A stretch of 64,000 bases of DNA, from NCBI GenBank assembly GCA_046483305.1, contig JAWODM010000024.1:1-64000 (forward strand), given 5' to 3'. The translations under genes and the position numbers were made by a program. Source of the DNA: Candidatus Krumholzibacteriales bacterium. GTDB lineage: Bacteria; Krumholzibacteriota; Krumholzibacteriia; Krumholzibacteriales; WJIX01. The number at the start of each line of letters is the position of its first letter. The first letter of the stretch is position 1. Of this stretch, positions 58,887 through 64,000 are shown piece by piece. The notes beneath the pieces were generated by a model, which made no database searches, was not told the origin of the DNA, and worked only from the letters and a program-made list of their open reading frames with translations.

Positions 58887-60551
58887 ATGAAAGGCAGGTT
58901 AATATCTGTCCTGATGGTCAGCTTTCTGACGCTGATTACGGCATGCCAGGAAAGCGCCCGGGAAACAGCAGATAAGGAGGATGGCATCAAAGGCAAACTG
59001 GAGATGTACGCGCCGGTTGAGATAGAGGTTCCATGGAACCTTCTGGACGAAAATCAGAAGCAGGTGGTGGAAAAGCTTTATTATGCCTGCGCCATAATGG
59101 ATTCGATCTTTCTCAGGCAGGTATCCGAGGATAATCCCCGGCTGCTTCAGGAGATCAGGGAAAAGGGCGACCGGGACCTGCTGAAATTCTTCAAGATTAA
59201 TTTCGGGGTCTGGGACAGAAGGGACGAAAACCGTCCGTTTTACGGAGATACCGGAAAGCCCGATGGAGCCGGGTTTTACCCTGCCGATATCACCAGGGAG
59301 GAGTTTAACGCCTATCTGCAGAAGCATCCGGAAAAGAGAGAAGAGTTTGAGAGCGGGTATACGGTAATAAGAAGGGACGGCCAGGGAGGGCTTGAAGCGA
59401 TTCCATACTCGGTATACTATGGGGAGCTGCTGGAGAAGGCGGCCGGGTACCTTAACCAGGCGGCTGACATTACGGAGAACGGCTCGCTTGCCCGGTTCCT
59501 GCGTTCCAGGGCTGAGGCGTTCCTCAGCAACGATTACTTTGAGAGCAATATGGACTGGATGGATGTGGAGAATAACATTGTGGACATAACCATAGGACCT
59601 TATGAGGTTTACGAGGACAAGCTGTTCAACTACAAGACCGCATTCGAGGCGTTTCTCTGCATCAGAGACCCCGAAGAGAGCAAAAAACTGGAGAAGCTCA
59701 AGAGCTATCTGCTGAAGATGGAGAAGAACCTTCCGATCCCGGACCAGTATAAGAACTTCGAGCGGGGCGCCTCTTCGCCGGTCAGCGTGGTGGAGGAGAT
59801 CTTCGCGGCAGGAGACACCAAGGCCGGAACGCAGACCCTGGCATTCAATCTGCCGAATGACGAGAGGGTTAGAGAGGCCAAGGGGAGCAAGAAAGTGATG
59901 CTGAGGAATATATGCAGGGCGAAGTTCGAGAAGATCCTCCGGCCGATCGCAAGCCTGCTGGTAGCGGAGGATCAGCTTCCGATGGTGACCTTCGACGGCT
60001 ACTTTACCCACATTCTGCTTCATGAGTTTTCTCACGGGCTGGGCCCCGGGATAATAGAGACAGATGAGGGAGAGATAGATGTACGCAAAGCGCTCAGGGA
60101 AACCTACTCAAGTATAGAGGAAGCAAAGGCAGATGTTGTCGGGGAGTACAATATTTATTATCTTATAGACGAAGGGGTATACCAGGATAATCTGAGGAAA
60201 GAAGCTGCGGTTACATTTCTGGCCGGATTTTTCCGTTCTGTCAGATTCGGCGTGGACTCAGCGCACGGAATGGCGAATCTGATAGCTTTTAATTATTTCG
60301 TTGAGAAGGGGGCCTACCTGTATGACGGGGGATCGGGCCACTGGAGCGTCGATTTCGAAAAGATCGAGGATGCTGTAACTTCCCTCTCAAGGAAGGTGTT
60401 GATGATTCAGGCGGTCGGCTCGTATGATGAGGCGAAGGCGCTCATCGAAAAGTACGGAAAGCTCTCGGCGGAGGCGGAGTCCTCTCTGGAAAGACTGAAG
60501 GGTATACCGGTCGACATAGTCCCTGAATACATGATAGAGGAGAAGATGTAA
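58887..60551 (+). CDS. Peptidase M49 (dipeptidyl-peptidase III-like) lipoprotein
   Basis: ITA-C lipobox; GAGFYP.D, IGPYEVYED, AFNLPNDERV, HEFSHGLG, EEAKAD. Confidence 0.88.
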   Translation: MKGRLISVLMVSFLTLITACQESARETADKEDGIKGKLEMYAPVEIEVPWNLLDENQKQVVEKLYYACAIMDSIFLRQVSEDNPRLLQEIREKGDRDLLKFFKINFGVWDRRDENRPFYGDTGKPDGAGFYPADITREEFNAYLQKHPEKREEFESGYTVIRRDGQGGLEAIPYSVYYGELLEKAAGYLNQAADITENGSLARFLRSRAEAFLSNDYFESNMDWMDVENNIVDITIGPYEVYEDKLFNYKTAFEAFLCIRDPEESKKLEKLKSYLLKMEKNLPIPDQYKNFERGASSPVSVVEEIFAAGDTKAGTQTLAFNLPNDERVREAKGSKKVMLRNICRAKFEKILRPIASLLVAEDQLPMVTFDGYFTHILLHEFSHGLGPGIIETDEGEIDVRKALRETYSSIEEAKADVVGEYNIYYLIDEGVYQDNLRKEAAVTFLAGFFRSVRFGVDSAHGMANLIAFNYFVEKGAYLYDGGSGHWSVDFEKIEDAVTSLSRKVLMIQAVGSYDEAKALIEKYGKLSAEAESSLERLKGIPVDIVPEYMIEEKM

Positions 60552-60876
60552 GAGATGACCGGGTAACCGCTTTGGGCCGGATGTTTACCCTTTGAAGAAA
60601 AATCGGTCGGCCTTCAGGGGGAAGTCAGTCAGGAAGAACATCCGGCCCCCCCTTCAGCAGAATGTCGTATAAGGGATTCCTGAATTTGAGAAGTTGTAAC
60701 TTATCAATTATTGTAGTACAATTTGCCGCTGAATAATGAAGAGGGCAAGAGTATGATCTCTCTCCCCAGAATTAAACAATTGATTGCGGCGGGCATATTC
60801 TGTGAAAGCGGTGATATTTTTAAAATACTTATCAGGAATCAGCGGTACTGTTTCGATGAGATACAAGGAGGCAGAA

Positions 60877-61446
60877 ATGATACGTAAAGCATTTTTCACT
60901 GCTGCAATAATCCTGCTGCTGGGAATAAATTCCGCACAGAGCCAGACCAGGAGCGGCGCCACCTCCGGGGGAGCAAAGCTTATAAGCGGCGCTGTATCAT
61001 TTACAAGCCAGGGCGGAGACTTGTACGGAGGGTATTCTGACGAAAGATTGAATGTTATTTCAGTAACTCCAAGCCTGTTCTATTTCATCTCTCCCGGCTT
61101 CGGTGTCGGAGGCGACCTGTCATACGATCTCAGGTCCCGGGGGAGTTATTCATACACCACTCTCAGTATCGGGCCGAAAATTGGATATTTTGCCGATTCC
61201 GGCAGCGATCTGATTCCGTTTTTTGCCGGGGGAGTAAGCTATTTAACCGTAGGATCCGATCTTGGTGACAATAACGGAGTAAGATTAAAGTTCGGCGGAG
61301 GAGTTATAATCCGTAAGGGGCGCCTGGCGTTTTCCATTGAGGCCAGTTATCTGTATGACCGCTTGAACCTTGAAGGAGCTGGCGGCTCCACATCAGGAAA
61401 CACCATCATTTTTGGCGCAGGTTTAGCGGGATTCCTGTTTGATTGA
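60877..61446 (+). CDS. Small outer-membrane beta-barrel protein
   Basis: AAGGAGG RBS, signal peptide, about 8 amphipathic beta-strands; lower GC than its neighbours. Confidence 0.75.
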   Translation: MIRKAFFTAAIILLLGINSAQSQTRSGATSGGAKLISGAVSFTSQGGDLYGGYSDERLNVISVTPSLFYFISPGFGVGGDLSYDLRSRGSYSYTTLSIGPKIGYFADSGSDLIPFFAGGVSYLTVGSDLGDNNGVRLKFGGGVIIRKGRLAFSIEASYLYDRLNLEGAGGSTSGNTIIFGAGLAGFLFD

Positions 61447-61465
61447 ACCGGCAATACGATTTGAG

Positions 61466-62113
61466 ATGAAAGATTTTCTGAATAATTGCAGGGAAGCTGT
61501 TCTGGAAGGAAACGCGGAGAGGGCGCTCTCCCTGGCGAATTCCGCCGTGGAAGAGGGGATGGATATCCTGGAGGTTATTGACGAAGGGTTTGTCAGGGGC
61601 ATAAAAGAGGTGGGAAAACTCTGGGAGAGAGGTGAGTACTTTCTTCCGGAACTGGTTATGGGGGCGGAAGCGGTAAAGAGGGCTCTCTCGGTCCTGGAGC
61701 CTGTTCTGGCCGGGCGGAAGATGAGCAGGGAGGTTAAAGGCGTGGGAGTTATAGGAACGGTGGAAGGGGACATCCACGATATCGGAAAAACATTGGTCTC
61801 GACCATGCTCTCTGCCAGCGGGTTCGGCGTTTACGACCTGGGCACAGATGTCCCGCCGGAAAGGTTCATCAGTGAAGCGGAAGCCAGGGGGGCCGATTTT
61901 ATCGGCGCCTCGGCCCTTCTTACCACCACCATGCAGGTACAGAGGGAGCTGGTGGAGCTGCTCTCGGAGCGGGGCCAGAGAGAGAAATACCTGGTAATAG
62001 TGGGAGGAGCTCCCTGCAGCGCAGAGTGGGCGGAAACTGTCGGGGCCGACGGGTATGCCAGGGACGCGGTGGCGGCGGTAGAGCTGGCGGAGAAGCTTCT
62101 GAGCGGAAAGTGA
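61466..62113 (+). CDS. Corrinoid (B12-binding) protein, MtbC/MetH cap plus Cbl domain
   Basis: GEYFLPELV, GTVEGDIHDIGK, SALLTTT, VGGAP, GADGY. Confidence 0.93.
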   Translation: MKDFLNNCREAVLEGNAERALSLANSAVEEGMDILEVIDEGFVRGIKEVGKLWERGEYFLPELVMGAEAVKRALSVLEPVLAGRKMSREVKGVGVIGTVEGDIHDIGKTLVSTMLSASGFGVYDLGTDVPPERFISEAEARGADFIGASALLTTTMQVQRELVELLSERGQREKYLVIVGGAPCSAEWAETVGADGYARDAVAAVELAEKLLSGK

Positions 62114-62123
62114 GGGGGTATTT

Positions 62124-63017
62124 ATGGCGGGCGGATTCATGCAGGCTCTGAAGGAGCGGGTTCTTCTGTTCGACGGCGGGATGGGAAGCATGATGATATC
62201 GGCGGGGCTGGAGAGAACGGAGATACCGGAGAGCTGGATCGAGCGGCATCCGGAGAAGATCGGCAGTATACACAGAGATTATATAAGAGCGGGCGCGGAC
62301 GTTATCCAGACAGCCACCTTCGGCGCCAGCTCGATTAAGCTCTCTGCCACCGCCGGGGGAGCGGCGCTGAACCCGGGCCGGATTAACAGGATGGCGGCGG
62401 AGATGCTCCGGGAGGAGATAGAGCGCGCCGGCGCAGGCTGCTTTGCCGCCGGGGATATGGGGCCGACCGGGGAGTTCTTTCCTCCGGTAGGCGGGCTGGA
62501 TGAAAAGCGGGCCCTGGAAAGCTTCAGGATTCAGGCCCGCGCTCTTGCCGGGGGCGGAGTTGACCTCCTGCTGATCGAGACAATGTCCGACCTCAGGGAA
62601 GCGGTAACCGCCCTGAGAGCGGCCAGGGAGGTAACGGACCTTCCGGTGGCAGTGGAGCTGACCTTTCAGAAGAAGCCGGGGGGGTATTTCACTATCATGG
62701 GCAACACCCCGCGGGAGGCGCTGGAGGCGCTGAAGAGAGAAGGAGCCGATATGGCGGGCGCCAACTGCACCCTGGACAGCTCAGGCATGAAAGGGCTGGC
62801 CGGGGTGATGCTCCGGCTTGACGGGCCGCCTCTTCTCTTTCAGCCGAACGCGGGTCAGCCGGTAATGAGGGAGGGGCGGGCGGTATACCTCCAGAAGCCG
62901 GAGGAGTTCGCTTCCGGCATGGCGGAAATAGCGGAGCTGGGAGCCGGCGCGGTAGGAGGATGCTGCGGAACCGGCCCCGATTTCATCAGTGCGTTGAGAG
63001 ATCGTCTGGGATCATGA
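62124..63017 (+). CDS. Homocysteine S-methyltransferase domain protein
   Basis: FDGGMGS, AGADVI, GDMGPTG, IETMSD, GANC, PNAG, GGCCGT. Confidence 0.93.
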   Translation: MAGGFMQALKERVLLFDGGMGSMMISAGLERTEIPESWIERHPEKIGSIHRDYIRAGADVIQTATFGASSIKLSATAGGAALNPGRINRMAAEMLREEIERAGAGCFAAGDMGPTGEFFPPVGGLDEKRALESFRIQARALAGGGVDLLLIETMSDLREAVTALRAAREVTDLPVAVELTFQKKPGGYFTIMGNTPREALEALKREGADMAGANCTLDSSGMKGLAGVMLRLDGPPLLFQPNAGQPVMREGRAVYLQKPEEFASGMAEIAELGAGAVGGCCGTGPDFISALRDRLGS

Positions 63018-63676
63018 TGAGCGGTAAAGGGATGGACTGGGTAATACTGAAGGATATGGATATAGTAATAGACGAAGAAGAGGTGTCCCGCATAGTGGGC
63101 GCCGGAAAGAGAGAGGGGGCGCCCCCCGCCGGAGCGGCAGGGGAACGGATAGGGCGGGCGGTCGGGCTGGCGCGGGAACTGGCCGAACCGGCAGCAATAT
63201 ATACCGTAACCGAAGGGAAAAATATAGAGGGCCCCCCGGTATTCAGGCAGCTGAAGGAGATGGCCCTGTGTATCTGCACCATAGGGGGAAAGCTGGAGAG
63301 AGAGGTGGAGAATCTCTCCGCGGAGGGCTCGCTTCTGGAAGCGCTGGCCCTGGATACCGCAGGCTCGGTGGCGGTGGAGGGGACCGCCGATTACGTTAAC
63401 GGGATCATAGAACAGCGGGCCGGAAGGGAGGGAAAGAGGACCTCCCTGAGAGCAAGCCCCGGTTACGGCAACTGGGATATCGGCGCCCAGAAGCGTATTT
63501 TCGAGATGGCGCCGGCGGAAAGTATAGGGGTGACCCTGGGAGAGGGTATGATGATGAATCCCGGAAAATCGATTTCCTTCGCGGTCCATATATCAGAGAA
63601 CCCGGTAAGGCTCAGAAGCGCCAATGACTGCGGAAACTGCTCCCGGTGGGATTGCCCTTACAGGAAAGAGAGCTGA
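63014..63676 (+). CDS. Methionine synthase activation-domain-like protein with a C-terminal Cys cluster
   Basis: CTIG, LDTAGS, SPGYG, IGVTL..MM.P.KS, CGNCSRWDCPYR; ATGA overlap with the previous gene. Confidence 0.85.
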   Translation: MMSGKGMDWVILKDMDIVIDEEEVSRIVGAGKREGAPPAGAAGERIGRAVGLARELAEPAAIYTVTEGKNIEGPPVFRQLKEMALCICTIGGKLEREVENLSAEGSLLEALALDTAGSVAVEGTADYVNGIIEQRAGREGKRTSLRASPGYGNWDIGAQKRIFEMAPAESIGVTLGEGMMMNPGKSISFAVHISENPVRLRSANDCGNCSRWDCPYRKES

Positions 63677-63752
63677 AAACACCGGGCGGGAGAAAAGGGC
63701 TGGGATTTCTTTGTCGGCCCGGAGCCGGGCCGCCGCGGCACCTGAGGTACCG

Positions 63753-64000
63753 TCAATCCCCTTCAACGAAACGCAATTCTCTGTCGTCGACATGAATGTG
63801 GTACCTGCAGTCCGGGCCTCCGCCGTAGCGGAACCTTATGGAAAGGTCCCTCTTGAATGGATGAAACCTGAGCGGACTTATAATGTGCGGATAATGGATA
63901 TAAAAAATGCTGTACTCCTGGTCGGGAGCATCGTCCGGCTTTTTGTCTCCATGCAGGCATACCGGCACCTCTCCCGCCTCCCCGCTCAGCTCTGAAAGGG
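63753..64000 (-). CDS. 3' end of an unidentified gene running out of the window
   Basis: Frame is open from the window edge to TGA at 63753; no family recognised. Confidence 0.45.
   Translation of the reverse strand, partial: LSELSGEAGEVPVCLHGDKKPDDAPDQEYSIFYIHYPHIISPLRFHPFKRDLSIRFRYGGGPDCRYHIHVDDRELRFVEGD

Noticed and set aside
61466..63676. Pyrrolysine or selenocysteine readthrough in the corrinoid cluster
   Set aside because: All three ORFs are full length with no interrupting TAG or TGA

Overview
This window is a bacterial chromosomal replication-origin region from a diderm organism. The FlgD-Ig-type secreted protein, lipoproteins and beta-barrels suggest an FCB-group candidate lineage such as Krumholzibacteriota or Latescibacterota, which is an inference only. 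Gene orientation and G/C skew switch at about 43.4-45.6 kb. Left arm (minus strand, reading outward from oriC): rpmH-rnpA-yidD-yidC-jag-mnmE-mnmG-rsmG, two parS sites, parA-parB-M23 peptidase-bactofilin, then an S9 peptidase, MoxR-DUF58-BatA, mfd, three parvulin PPIases, S4, pdxA, ftsE-ftsX-envC, holB-ricT-metG, a TatD/radical-SAM fusion, rsmA, an unknown barrel and lipoprotein, and a LolA-like/MacB-type ABC operon. Right arm: dnaA-dnaN-recF-dciA-gyrB-gyrA, an FlgD-Ig protein, hflX, a GT-C-like membrane protein, M20 and M49 peptidases, an OMP and a split cobalamin methionine-synthase-like module. No CRISPR array, tRNA, rRNA, prophage or transposase was seen. The most notable observations are: (1) a GyrA active site with coupled D82T/S83K/M120E substitutions; (2) a 195-bp MITE-like element with 10-bp target duplications at the bactofilin stop codon; (3) a membrane gene whose conserved N-terminus has no ATG/GTG/TTG start; (4) sigma54-type promoters with a shared TGYCA/ATGRCA motif at hsp20 and at both ends of the LolA-like ABC operon; (5) a B. 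subtilis-like DnaA-box/DnaA-trio unwinding site. All calls come from reading the sequence by eye; no searches were run.
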